A stretch of DNA of 64,000 nt from Macrostomum lignano. Its lineage: Eukaryota. This document shows positions 52,618-64,000 of this stretch, in pieces. The notes beneath the pieces are model-generated. The model saw only the letters and a program-made list of their open reading frames with translations, was not told the origin of the DNA and made no database searches. Each line of letters begins with the position of its first letter. Within the stretch, counting starts at the first letter, position 1. The DNA is taken from positions 986,078 through 1,050,077 of the forward strand of contig NIVC01000089.1 of the NCBI GenBank assembly GCA_002269645.1, written 5' to 3'. Position numbers and translations under genes: made by a program.

Positions 52618-54032
52618 TTTGGGTAGCTATGGAGTATCGGGTTGGGTAGCTATGGATTATCGGGTTGGGTAGCTATGGATTATCGGGTTGGGTAGCTATG
52701 AATTATCGGATGTGGTAGCTATGGATTATCGGGTTGGTTAGCTATGGATTATCGGGTTGGTTAGCTATGGATTATCGGGTTGGGTAGCTATGGATTATCG
52801 GGTTGGGTAGCTATAGATTATCGGGTTGGGTAGCTATGGATTATCGGGTTGGGTAGCTATGGATTATCGGATGTGGTAGCTATGGATTATCGGGTTGGGT
52901 AGCTATGGATTATCGGGTTGGGTAGCTATGGATTATCGGGTTGGGTAGCTATGGATTATCGGGTTGGTTAGCTATGGATTATCGGGTTGGGTAGCTATGG
53001 ATTATCGGGTTGGGTAGCTATGGATTATCGGGTTGGTTAGCTATGGATTATCGGGTTGGGTAGCTATGGATTATCGGGTTGGGTAGCTATAGATTATCGG
53101 GTTGGGTAGCTATGGATTATCGGATGTGGTAGCTATGGATTATCGGTTGGGTAGCTATGGATTATCGGGTTGGGTAGCTATGGATTATCGGGTTGGGTAG
53201 CTATGGATTATCGGATGTGGTAGCTATGGATTATCGGGTTGGGTAGCTATGGATTATCGGGTTGGGTAGTTATGGATTATCGGGTTGGGTAGCTATGGAT
53301 TATCGGGTTGGGTAGCTATGGATTATCGGGTTGGGTAGCTATGGATTATCGGGTTGGTTAGCTATGGATTATCGGATGTGGTAGCTATGGATTATCGGGT
53401 TGGGTAGCTATGGATTATCGGGTTGGTTAGCTATGGATTATCGGGTTGGTTAGCTATGGATTATCGGGTTGGTTAGCTATGGATTATCGGGTTGGGTAGC
53501 TATGGATTATCGGGTTGGGTAGCTATGGATTATCGGGTTGGTTAGCTATGGATTATCGGGTTGGGTAGCTATGGATTATCGGGTTGGGTAGCTATAGATT
53601 ATTGGGTTGGGTAGCTATGGATTATCGGTTGGGTAGCTATGGATTATCGGATGTGGTAGCTATGGATTATCGGGTTGGGTAGCTATGGATTATCGGGTTG
53701 GGTAGCTATGGATTATCGGGTTGGGTAGCTATGGATTATCGGGTTGGGTAGCTATGGATTATCGGGTTGGTTAGCTATGGATTATCGGGTTGGTTAGCTA
53801 TGGATTATCGGGTTGGGTAGCTATGGATTATCGGGTTGGGTAGCTATAGATTATCGGGTTGGGTAGCTATGGATTATCGGTTGGGTAGCTATGGATTATC
53901 GGATGTGGTAGCTATGGATTATCGGGTTGGGTAGCTATGGATTATCGGGTTGGGTAGCTATGGATTATCGGGTTGGGTAGCTATGGATTATCGGGTTGGG
54001 TAGCTATGGATTATCGGGTTGGGTAGCTATGA
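52618..54032. repeat. 23-bp minisatellite (gggtagctatggattatcgggtt), ~60 copies
   Basis: Tandem units; shares ctatggattatcg with the 17-bp array. Confidence 0.97.
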
Positions 54033-54739
54033 ATTCGAACTAAGTACTCGAAAGGGATTATAGAACTTAAAATTGCTTGCTCCTGCACCCTCAATCAGTC
54101 AAAATTTGGTGTCACATATTCCTGGATCAGGCGAGCAATCACTAATCCAGTTCGAGTCAGTTCGAATTGGCCAGAATTGGAGCTGGCAGATTTCCTAATT
54201 GCTATACATAATATGCATAGTACATCAACAATACATCCTGTATAAGACGGTATTAACCACACCAGAGTCATAATGCATCACAGAGTGCTCATTAGCCCCC
54301 CCCCCAGAAACTGTAAGCAGAACCCGCCAACTCTGACTCAGCATTAATATCGCATTCTCAGCTCTTGAATATGTCAGTCACACTGAATTGGGGGGGGGGC
54401 TGCAGGGGATACTGAAACCAAAGAGGACGCAAAAAGAGTTGTGGGAAGAGCATGAATATAGATAGAAAGTGAGAGGTGGGTGATGGGGCCGATGGTACGT
54501 TTAGAACAGGTGGATGAGTTAGTAAAAAGCGTACAAACTCCCAGCGTGATAACGCCATGTTTCCCACCACAGATAATTGTCCCCGTGCAAATTGAGAAAC
54601 GTGTCAGGCATGTGCGAGTGTAATTATGAAAAAAACTGCTATATATAAAATTGACGGACTCAATTTTGCCAGTCTTGGTGCGATTGACAGCCGTGTGTTG
54701 TTTTGCTGCTGTCAACCAAATGTGAAAGCACTCATGCAA

Positions 54740-55220
54740 CTCTAGAGTGTGCTGTTGGGTGTGAACTAGAGTGTGCTGTTGGGTGTGAGCTAGAGTGTGC
54801 TGTTGGGTGTGAACTAGAGTGTGCTGTTGGGTGTGAACTAGAGTGTGCTGTTGGGTGTGAACTAAAGTGTGCTGTTGGGTTTGAGCTAGAGTGTGCTGTT
54901 GTGTGTGAACTAGAGTGTGCTGTTGGGTGTGAACTAGAGTGTGCTGTTGGGTGTGAACTAGAGTGTGCTGTTGGGTGTGAACTAGAGTGTGCTGTTGGGT
55001 GTGAACTAGAGTGTGCTGTTGGGTGTGAACTAGAGTGTGCTGTTGGGTGTGAGCTAGAGTGTGCTGTTGGGTGTGAACTAAAGTGTGCTGTTGGGTGTGA
55101 GCTAGAGTGTGCTGTTGAGTTTGAGCTAGAGTGCTCCACAGAGTGTTTACATGAACTATAGAGTGCTCCACAGAGTGTTTACATGAACTAGAGTACTCCA
55201 CAGAGTGTTTACATGAACTA
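54740..55220. repeat. 24-bp minisatellite (gaactagagtgtgctgttgggtgt)
   Basis: Tandem units. Confidence 0.95.
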
Positions 55221-57342
55221 GGTTGTGCCATTGAATGTGAGCTAAAGGATTTGCCATGTGAGTAGTTTCTGTGGCCCCACAGCACTACATCAGAGATCGC
55301 CTTCTGCCTTCAGGACCGCTCCACCTGACAATTCAGCAGGCGCTCACGCCCGAAGAAACCAAACCCGATAATTTGTTGATTTGAATGCAAGAAATTGCCT
55401 GGCAGGAATGGATGGAAATTGAAAGTATTTTTGGGAATAAGCCGAGGCCAGAGCACAGGTAGGCTGAGGTGGAGCGCTGGCCTGCACTAAAGCAGAATTG
55501 ACGGGCGCGCATCCGATGCAGCGCTGGAGGCGGGCCGCATGCATTAGAGTAAATGGGTTCGGGGAAAATATCCCCGGCTTCCATGCAGGATCCCAGTGCA
55601 GAGAGGCTGGCAGACCCGTTCGCCATCGCAAAGTTGCAATATCGCAAAAGCCAGACAGGGCAATGAATGCAGGCCGAGCCCAAAGGACTCAAGCAATAGC
55701 TATAGCTACCTGAGCTAACAAGTGGGGATCGCTAAAAGCAATATGACGCTGCTTTTTCTCCTGCACTTGCTGCTTTCTGGGATGGGGGCTGGGCTAAACA
55801 GGCTCTCTGAGGATGAGGCAAAGATGTCTGTCTCCATTTGGGAATTTTATGAAAAAAAATGCATTTTCTCATTTCTCCCGCATTTAGGCAGCTTTAATAC
55901 CCCAACCCCAGCCCCCCTGGCGACATCTGATGCAGCCCTTTGTTGCTGAGAGCTGCAGGCTGCATCTTCGGTTTGAAATATCTTTATTGCAATTTTAGGC
56001 CTGCGGAGGCTGCTGGGAGGCGGGCGGGGGATTGCAAGCAAATGACTCCTCCTAAAGACGAAAATCTGAATCTTCATCAGCTGGATGCTGGGAACAATGA
56101 ATGAAAACTACGAGTATAATAAAACATTTCGTAAATACTACTGACTGACTGAAAGTTAGTAGCATAGATAGCTGAAGTAGAATGCAGCTGCTCGAACCCT
56201 GTTTTCATTGAAAAATGCACTGTCGAGATGGGAGGATGTCAAGGCTCACGGGGTATTGCTGAGATGTCAAGGCTCACGGGGGTATTGCTGAGATGTCAAG
56301 GCTCACGGGAGGGAATTGCTGAGTGGGAGTTGCTCAGATGCTTTGAGCCAAAGCTCACAGAGGATCTGATATCTTAGGCCAGGATGCATTTTTGCGTTAA
56401 AAATCATTTTCCCTTAAGAAATACTGATTGTACGCTCGTATAGGTCATACAAACTGCGTGCACAGATACCAGAATAGCTATAGATGTGCCACTCAGCACA
56501 TTTGCGTGCAAGCTACTTTCAGTTCAGTAGTAAGTTAAACTGTAGCATTTTAATGTATTTTAAATACAAGGCTTACATGTACTTATTGGCTTTTATCCCC
56601 CAAGCTTAAACCCTCAAACTCCACACAGAACCTCTACCCCTGCCCGCCACCCAATTTTTATTACCTTCCTCGGCTGTTCCAGCCTAAATCTGCCATGTAC
56701 ATTTCAGTGGTTAATTAACTTGCAAGCTTGGGCTTCTAAACTTATTAAAGTCATTTCAGCCGCCTTTATTTTGATAAAATAGCTTACGTATTCTTCATTG
56801 CTACTGAACTGAAAGTAGAAAGCTGTTTTGCTAAGTATATATGCCTGAGTGGCCTATCTAGTTATTCTAATATCAGTGCCTGCATGAAGTTAATTTAAGC
56901 ATTTTACTTACAATACTACTTAATTTATTACTTAAATTACAGAAACAGTAATTTAGAGTTTTATGCCCGACTAAACTGAAAACCTCCGATCTCCTTCTGT
57001 TTTACAAGCCGTGCATAATGAGGGTAGTGTAGTGCAAGAAGCTGGGCGTGCCTCATCAATGCAAAATAAACTGCTCACCTCATTAGTTTCAGCAATTAGC
57101 GAGAGTAGCTGAGAGCGCCATGACTCATTCGCAAATTTTGCCCAAGGCTTAGAGGCGACGAGCTAAGAAGTTTGTCCAGATCCGCACAGGAGGTATTCCA
57201 GCTTCTAAGCATTCTAGAGCTTCGAGGAAGGGAGTAACGAGCCCATCATCGCACATACCCACCAACGCAAACATTATTTCACAAGGCGGCTTTTTTATGA
57301 CACCGAAACTTCAATCGTACAGATGCTTCTTATTAGGGAGAA

Positions 57343-57625
57343 ATGGCGCCCCTCACTCAAATGAAATGGCGCCCTCACTCAAATGAAATGGCGCCCCTCA
57401 CTCAAATGAAATGGCGCCCCTCACTCAAATGAAATGGCGCCCCTCACTCAAATGAAATGGCACCAATTCACTCAAATCAAATGGCACCGGTTCACTCAAA
57501 TGAAATGGCACCAATTCACTCAAATCAAATGGCACCAATTCACTCAAATGAAATGGCACTAATTCACTCAAATCAAATGGCACCAATTCACTCAAATGAA
57601 ATGGCACCTATTCACTCAAATCAAA
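57343..57625. repeat. 23/24-bp minisatellite (aaatgaaatggcgcccctcactc)
   Basis: ~12 units. Confidence 0.92.
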
Positions 57626-57702
57626 CGGTGTATACAATAAACGGGCGCAGCCCCATTAAGGCATATAGCTAACGGCATGATCTGTCTGACAAATCCGTGC
57701 TT

Positions 57703-57735
57703 CTGATTGGCTGGCGCAGGTCACGTGATGCAAAT
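57703..57735. promoter_or_regulatory. Clustered inverted CCAAT box, E-box (GTCACGTGAT) and octamer (ATGCAAAT)
   Basis: ctgATTGGct at 57703-57712, CACGTG at 57722-57727, ATGCAAAT at 57728-57735. Confidence 0.4.
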
Positions 57736-58394
57736 CACAAATACTAAAGTCTCTGTAGGTGTATTAAAATGCAGAAAGACAAAAGCAAGTTAAGAATTTA
57801 ATTTTTTAACATTGATCAAAAACAACAGTCAGCATAGCCTGGGTCACTAGCCGGAGACAAATCTATTCTTCTATTCTCTATACCTGTAGTCTGTGTATAA
57901 TGAAACAACAAATACAAAAACAAATCAGAAATCATATATCAAACAAAAAGTCAATACTCGAATCTGAAAAGCAAAGCTGTCAGCATAGCAAATACTAATT
58001 TATCAATACATGTACACTATAGGTTGCTAATGACGCACCTGGCGACATAGCAACAAAACTAATTAGTAAATAGCTTACTGAAGTACAGCGACGGAGTGAG
58101 TGCTCAGTAAGACGTTGCGCCAGGATGCCAATCAAGCTAACCTTGCGAGCTGTTTTCCCCATTTCTTCCGACTAAGCGACATCAGCTTTATGAAATATGA
58201 AATCGCAAATGGAATTAATAGGATTGAAGAATACAAAATCAAGCTAAATGGATTGGACTGTGAGACTAGGATTAGAAACAAATAAACGTCATCGCGTCAA
58301 CAACTGCTGTCACAGGACAATGTCTGACAGCTGTGTCAAGGGAACAGGTGCTAAAATACCAGGTAGCTATCTGTGAGCACGGGAGCAGCTGGTC

Positions 58395-58815
58395 TCAGTC
58401 CTGCTCCTGCGGTTCGACCGCTAACTCGGCGCTTTCCCGATCCCCGCCGCCGTCTTTGATGCCGCCGCCTTTGCCGCCGCTGGGCACCTTCGACCGCGCC
58501 TTAGCCGCCGCACGTTCAGCGCGTTCCGCTTTGGCCTCGGCCGCTTCGGCCGCCGATTCAGCGCTGGTCGCCTCGGATTCGGCCGCTTCGGCGAGCGCTC
58601 GCGCTTCGTCTGCGCGTTGCCGCGCCTCCTTAGCGGCGGCCCGAGCGCGTCGGCTTCGGAGCGCGCCTCGCTGGCGGCGCCAGTTCAGCTTTCGCCGCAG
58701 CCTCGGCCGCGTCCGACGCGTTGTTGGCTTCGTCTTTGAGTCGCTGCTGGCGAGCTTGGCGCATTCGGGCTTGTGCACCGGCCAGTTCAAGCGCTGACAG
58801 CGGGATCCGCAGTAT
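58395..58815 (-). CDS. ANKMY2: ANKMY2 last exon: MYND C-half (YCGSRCQRLNWPVHKPEC) plus basic and Ala/Glu coiled-coil tail
   Basis: ccatccaacctcag|A acceptor in phase 2, completing aa|a (Lys) before Tyr-Cys; 421 nt to the stop. Confidence 0.9.
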
Positions 58816-58889
58816 CTGAGGTTGGATGGCGATGAGCAGCAAGTTGCGCGGGGCTCGTTTGTTGATACTTAAAATTAATTGAACACGCA

Positions 58890-59850
58890 CGAATGCGTGA
58901 CATGGTTCGCGCCTGGACAAATGACCTTGAATCACGTACTGATATGGTTAATTTCTGTCAAATGACCTTGAACTAACATCAGAGAGTTTGGTATGATCAT
59001 TTTGCTTTTCTCTTTCCGTCGGGCTGGTTTGTAGATAAATTACAACTAAACAGGCACAGAATGCGTGACATGGTTTGCGCACGGACAAATGACCTTGAAT
59101 CACGTACTGATGTGGTTAATTTCTGTCAAATGACCTTGAAACACGAACGGGATGCATGCTCTTGCGCGCATTTTGATGATCGACCTTGAACTAAGATCAG
59201 AGAGTATGGTATGATCTTTTTGCCTGTCTCTTTCCGCAGAAGTCGTTTGTTGATAAGTTACAATTAAACATGCACCGAATGCGTGACATGGTTCGCGCCT
59301 GGACAAATGACCTTGAACCACGTATTGATATGGTTACTTTCCGTCAAATGACCTTGAAACACGAACGGGATGCATGCCCTTCCTCGTTATCACACATTTC
59401 TTACGACACATTAAAATCTCGCATCGACTGTGTATTCATGTTTTTTTGCTCGCTGACCTTGAACCACGTTTGCAGAATGCATGCTCGTATCTACTAGTTT
59501 GTTTTGTGACGAAAAGGCCTTCAGTCACAAGGTCAGGTGATACAGTTGATTTCTATGGAATGATCTGAACCATGCAAAAAGTTGAGTACGTTGCTTACTA
59601 GATTGTTACTTTTTTACATAACTCATATGCAGTATTACTCACAAAAACTCTCAGACAAGCATATATCGGTTATTTTCTGTCAAATGACCTTTAATCACGC
59701 ATAGGATGCGTGATTTTCTTTCATCAACCCGCAAATGACCTTGAAGAAAAACGTTCAACAAAACAGCCTTGCATCACGCACAAGACGCGCGTCTGAATGC
59801 CATTTAATCAGCTTTCTGACCGATGACCTTGAACCACGCACATAACATAA
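58890..59850. repeat. Degenerate dispersed repeat built around aaatgaccttgaa
   Basis: ~10 tgaccttgaa cores within larger duplicated blocks. Confidence 0.8.
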
Positions 59851-59908
59851 TGCGTGCTATTTTATGAGATGGATAAAGTAACAAGTATTTTTTAGCTCTC
59901 AGACTCAC

Positions 59909-60202
59909 TTGACAACTCGACAGCCAGCGCAGTGCCGACAGCCAATAAACTGATCGCAGACTTCGCAAGCGTCCTGATCAGCAAAGAACTGCTGCCCGTT
60001 GACGGCTCCATTGAGCACACTAACCGCTGTCGGCCGACAACCAAGACGGCTGCTCGCTAGACTGCGAATCATAGTACGCAACAGGTTGCTCTCCGTGTAG
60101 GGATACTCGCGAAGAACGCGCCGGATCAGCTCTTCGGAACCGCGGCGCCGCCCGGGCCGGTCCGACTGGCTGAGTCAGTCGGCGCAGCGCTTGGTCCAGC
60201 GA
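59909..60202 (-). CDS. ANKMY2: ANKMY2 exon: pre-MYND helical region plus MYND N-half, one frameshift
   Basis: SLDQALRRLTQPVGP // GSEELIRRVLREYPYTESNLLRTMIRSLASSRLGCRPTAVSVLNGAVNGQQFFADQDACEVCDQFIGCRHCAGCRVV matches ANKMY2 as recalled (FPY.E..LL...VRSIA....G.DPTA.SVL..AI.GQ). CAA|GTGAGT donor. Length 294 nt is 1 nt too long for phase 0 in and phase 2 out. Confidence 0.88.
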
Positions 60203-60257
60203 CTGGAAGGAATCGATTTTTAAACGCGCGTTGCGCTTATCATAGAACTAGGAAGGA

Positions 60258-60797
60258 CAGCGCTTATCGTAGAACACTATGGATAGCAGCGCTTATCGTA
60301 GAACACTATGGATAGCAGCGCTTATCGTAGAACACTATGGATAGTAGCGCTTATCGTAGAACACTATGGATAGCAGCGCTTATCGTAGAACACTATGGAT
60401 AGTAGCGCTTATCGTAGAACACTATGGATAGCAGCGCTTATCGTAGAACACTATGGATAGCAGCGCTTATCGTAGAACACTATGGATAGTAGCGCTTATC
60501 GTAGAACACTATGGATAGTAGCGCTTATCGTAGAACACTATGGATAGCAGCGCTTATCGTAGAACACTATGGATAGTAGCGCTTATCGTAGAACACTATG
60601 GATAGTAGCGCTTATCGTAGAACACTATGGATAGTAGCGCTTATCGTAGAACACTATGGATAGCAGCGCTTATCGTAGAACACTATGGATAGCAGCGCTT
60701 ATCGTAGAACACTATGGATAGCAGCGCTTATCGTAGAACACTATGGATAGCAGCGCTTATCGTAGAACACTATGGATGGTAGCGCTTATCGTAGAAC
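60258..60797. repeat. 29-bp minisatellite (agcgcttatcgtagaacactatggatagc), ~18 copies
   Basis: Tandem units filling the intron. Confidence 0.97.
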
Positions 60798-60874
60798 TAT
60801 GATTAGCACAGGACTAAAATAAAGAGCGTAGGCTCATCCTCAGCCTCATCAGCTCATCCATCAGATCAGCTCAC

Positions 60875-61128
60875 CACTTGTTCATCATCCTTTCCGGACT
60901 CGACTCGACAGCGCTCCCACTCAGCCAGCAGGTGTCGAACAGCCACTGCCAGGTAAAAGAATTTTATACTCAATACTTCGTTGAGATCGCGGCGCTTCCA
61001 TTGAGACTCGGAGAGCAGCTCGAGGACGCGCGGTACAGCCGGATTCAGCAGAGCCGGTCGCAATTCCAGCGTGTAGCACAGGTGAGCGGGGTTCAGATTT
61101 ACGTCAGTAACTAGCATCCAGGTGTCCT
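60875..61128 (-). CDS. ANKMY2: ANKMY2 exon (DTWMLVTDVNLNPAHL...KRRDLNEVLSIKFFYL...KDDEQV)
   Basis: NL.P and RD(M/L)NEVL..K..Y motifs of ANKMY2; tttgccctag| acceptor, GTG|GTGAGC donor, 254 nt, phase 1 in and phase 0 out. Confidence 0.9.
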
Positions 61129-61189
61129 CTAGGGCAAATATTGGGGTTTAAGTGTGAGAAAAGCTTTAAAATAAGCTTGAATAGCGCAC

Positions 61190-61710
61190 TGCATTCATGC
61201 TTGGAGTAAGAGCATTGGCAAATGACCTTGAATCAAGCAATACATTCATGCTTGGAGTAAGAGCATTGACAAGTGACCTTGAATCACGCACTGCATTCAT
61301 GCTGGAGTAAGAGCATTGACAAGTGACCTTGAATCACGCACTGCATTCATGCTGGGAGTAAGAGCATTGACAAGTGACCTTGAATCACGCACTGCATTCA
61401 TGCTGGGAGTAAGAGCATTGGAAAGCGACCTTGAATCACGCCCTGCATTCATGCTTAGAGTAAGAGCACTGGCAAGTGACCTTGAATCACGCACTGCATT
61501 CATGCCTGGAGTAAGAGCATTGGCAAGTGACCTTGAATCACACACTGCATTCATGCTTGGAGTAAGAGAATTGGCAAGTGACCTTGAATCACGCCCTGCA
61601 TTCATGCTTGGAGTAAGAGCATTGACAAGTGACCTTGAATCAAGCACTGCATTCATGCTTAGAGTAAGAGCATTGACAAGTGACCTTAAATCACGCACTG
61701 CATTCATGCA
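61190..61710. repeat. 51-bp minisatellite (gcattcatgcttggagtaagagcattgacaagtgaccttgaatcacgcact), ~10 copies
   Basis: Tandem units filling the intron. Confidence 0.95.
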
Positions 61711-61750
61711 AACAGAAGAGAATCGATAAAAAACCGTGAATCAAGCTCAC

Positions 61751-62224
61751 CAAGCAAATGAGGCGGCATTTCGGCTCAGTCTCCAGACCGTGACAACGTG
61801 TATAATGCCTCCAACTCTTCACGCTCAAAAATAGTTGCCAATTAGCGAAGCAATCCGTGGTGCCCAACAAAGGCGGCCATCTGGGATGCCGTGCGCGCCG
61901 AGTCGGTTTGTTTTGTAGCGCCGGCGCCGCGACGCAGCAGGGAGAGTACAGTTGGCCTCAGAATTGCTGAGTGCGGCAAACATCAAAGCGTGTAGCCATG
62001 CTCGTGACGCACCATGCCCAGTTGACATCGGCCTTGCCAGTATCAACTAACAAAGCCACCAGATCGGCGCGGGCTTTGAAGGCTGCATGCAGCAGCGGCG
62101 TCATGCCTGCGTCATCTGGCAGGTTTGGATCGGCTCTCAGCTAGCAGGGCCAGGCGGGCTGCTTCCAGCCGCTGCCTGACTCAGCTGAGGCTGCGAGAAT
62201 CAGCGAGTCCTGGGGTGAATTTGC
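61751..62224 (-). CDS. ANKMY2: ANKMY2 ankyrin-repeat exon with multiple single-base frameshifts (assembly error or pseudogene)
   Basis: Successive frame fragments ADPNLPDDAGMTPLLHAAFKARADLVALLVDTGKADVN / HEHGYT / ALMFAALS / LLRRGA...RTASQMAAFVGH / SLIGNYF / EREELE / HYTRCHGLETEPK / PPHLL align collinearly with ANKMY2. aaatttgcag| acceptor; G|GTGAGC donor in phase 1. Confidence 0.88.
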
Positions 62225-62836
62225 CTGCAAATTTAAGGGGAAATACTTGAGTTTGCTTTTCATGCTACGAGTAGGCCTATGCTGTGATTTCTATTTCAAT
62301 TTTTATACAAATTTCATAAAGTCAAGCAGTAAAAAATGACAAATTATAACTACTGAATCATGGAGTCTAGAACTAAAAGACAATGACAATTGACAACCAT
62401 GTATAAATGCAGCATATGGAATCTCTGAGCCATTATTTTTTCCAATATACTCGTACATGAAAGTTGCGATTTTATGAAATATATATCATATAACCTACTT
62501 TTATATATTTGCAACTTAAGTGTGATTCTAGTGTAAAAAGTGGTGTATATATATATATATATACACCATATATACATATATTGCTTATATATATATATAT
62601 ATAAGCAATATATATATATATATAAGCAATATATACAATGCTTTTAATGCTTACCTAGTAAGATATAAGAAATTTGTTACTTTTCCAATAAACTAATAAA
62701 AGTATACATAGTTTAATTTCTTAAAATTTAAAATATATGTAAGCCTAATAAAAAAGAGTGAGATCAAAAGAGCCTTTAAAGAGATCTTATTTACAGGAAT
62801 AATTTTGCTCCCTACTTATTGGACACCCTTCTTAAA

Positions 62837-63377
62837 GGCTACCAGTCACTTTGGCAATAAGAGATTTTGGCAATGGACACTTTGGTGACAATTTTGGGAC
62901 AAAGAAATTTTTTGGCAACAGTTATTGCCATATTGGGGACAAAGAAAGAGAAATTTTAGCAAAAAGCCTACAATATAAATTTAGGAATAAGTATTGATTT
63001 GACAAATGATTTATATTTCTATTTCACTTTTTCAAAGGTAAAATGAACTATAAAAAAGGTCACAAAGATAATAATTTTTATTATAAAAGTAAAATGAAAA
63101 TAAAAGTCAGCCATGCACTTCATTAAAACAGTTAAAAAACTTACTGGTTTCAAAATTGAATAAAAGTCATTAAAATAAAATAAACTGAAGTAATCAATCT
63201 ATTTAAGTATCAAGCAAGCAGTAGCTGTAAATCTTTATTTTGTTAAATTGATATACCTGGAGAATTTGCCCAAATGGCCTTACATTGTCACCAAAGACAA
63301 AAGTGACTGTTGCCAAAATGTCTTGTTGCTAAAATGTCCATCGCCAAAATGTCCTGTCACCAAAGTGACTGGTAGCC
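62837..63377. mobile_element. MITE-like non-autonomous DNA transposon, 541 bp
   Basis: Perfect 18-bp terminal inverted repeats GGCTACCAGTCACTTTGG, inverted subterminal gacattttggcaa-type repeats, AT-rich non-coding core; no TSD found. Confidence 0.75.
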
Positions 63378-64000
63378 TGCTAAAGTAGGACACTGGATTG
63401 CTAGTATTATCTGAAAGCTAATTGAGATAAACAATTAATAGCTTAATTTTTTTTAAACTATATAAATTACAAAATATTTTTGAGAAATAATAAGCAATCT
63501 ATATATTATTATACAACATTTTATAAATTATATTTTAATTTCACAAAATTCTTAGGACTTAGATCTATGCTGGCCTATACTAAATGGTAGGCCTCCCTAT
63601 TCTAAACTTTAAGTTATTGTTATTTTAACATTATGTTATGGATATTTTAGGAAAGAATTAATTTATATCCATAGTCTTAATCATGCTGGGTACATGCCTA
63701 AACAAAAATTGAATAATTACAAATGCATGCCAAAAAATTGAGTGCATGCTCATTATCAAAACTATGCCGGGCAACAATAAATGACCTTTTTTGCATTGTG
63801 ACAATAAATGACTTTTTTAATTGTGTATTGGACCTTTTTTGTAAATAATTCAGTTGATTTTTCTACTTTTTTATGATATTATTTATAGTGGCAAATTGAT
63901 GCATGCAAAGATTTGTTCAAATTAGGGGCGACCCAGTCCCGGGCCCGGGCCCGAAAAGTCGGAATCCCGACCAAAATCGTGGCCCGACCCGGGCCCGGGC

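Noticed and set aside
54340-56090. Several short ORFs and a + strand acceptor at ~55277 (HYIRDRLLPSGPLHL...)
   Set aside because: No domain similarity and no consistent exon chain could be built.
58816-58870. Apparently degenerate MYND N-half (ATCCSSPSNLRYC)
   Set aside because: This is intron sequence; the true N-half (CEVC...CAGC) is in exon 59909-60202, so the finger is intact.
63923-64000. GC-rich cccgggcccggg palindromes after TAGGGG, possibly a transposon end
   Set aside because: Cut by the window edge; the partner TIR cannot be seen.

Overview
Eukaryotic (metazoan) genomic DNA: GC-rich exons sit in introns and spacers almost all filled by different micro- and minisatellites, which cover roughly half the window. 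The style resembles scaffolds of the flatworm Macrostomum lignano (inference, unverified). Most long ORFs in the supplied track are translations of tandem repeats. Genes reconstructed by hand, left to right: (1) a G-protein gamma subunit with an uninterrupted CDS (-, 7404-7604) and a spliced upstream exon; (2) an orphan low-complexity ORF (+, ~10356-11299); (3) an intronless four-TM claudin-like protein (+, 15775-16920); (4) a 5'-truncated non-LTR retrotransposon (RNase H, zinc knuckle, (GAA)n tail); (5) a neuregulin/vein-type EGFR ligand (-, at least 21891-39050, probably to 44946) with Ig, linker, EGF split between Cys4 and Cys5, TM and a cytoplasmic tail ending in FF, where all eight core exons join in phase; (6) ANKMY2/daf-25 (-, 58395 to at least 62224) with an intact MYND finger but many single-base frameshifts; (7) a MITE near the right end. 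The oddest non-genic signal is a 21-bp array reading as ~26 RNA Pol II CTD-like heptads (YSPISPT) that turns into a second array with a stop at the Tyr1 codon. No rRNA, tRNA or CRISPR array was recognised. Repeat coordinates are approximate.
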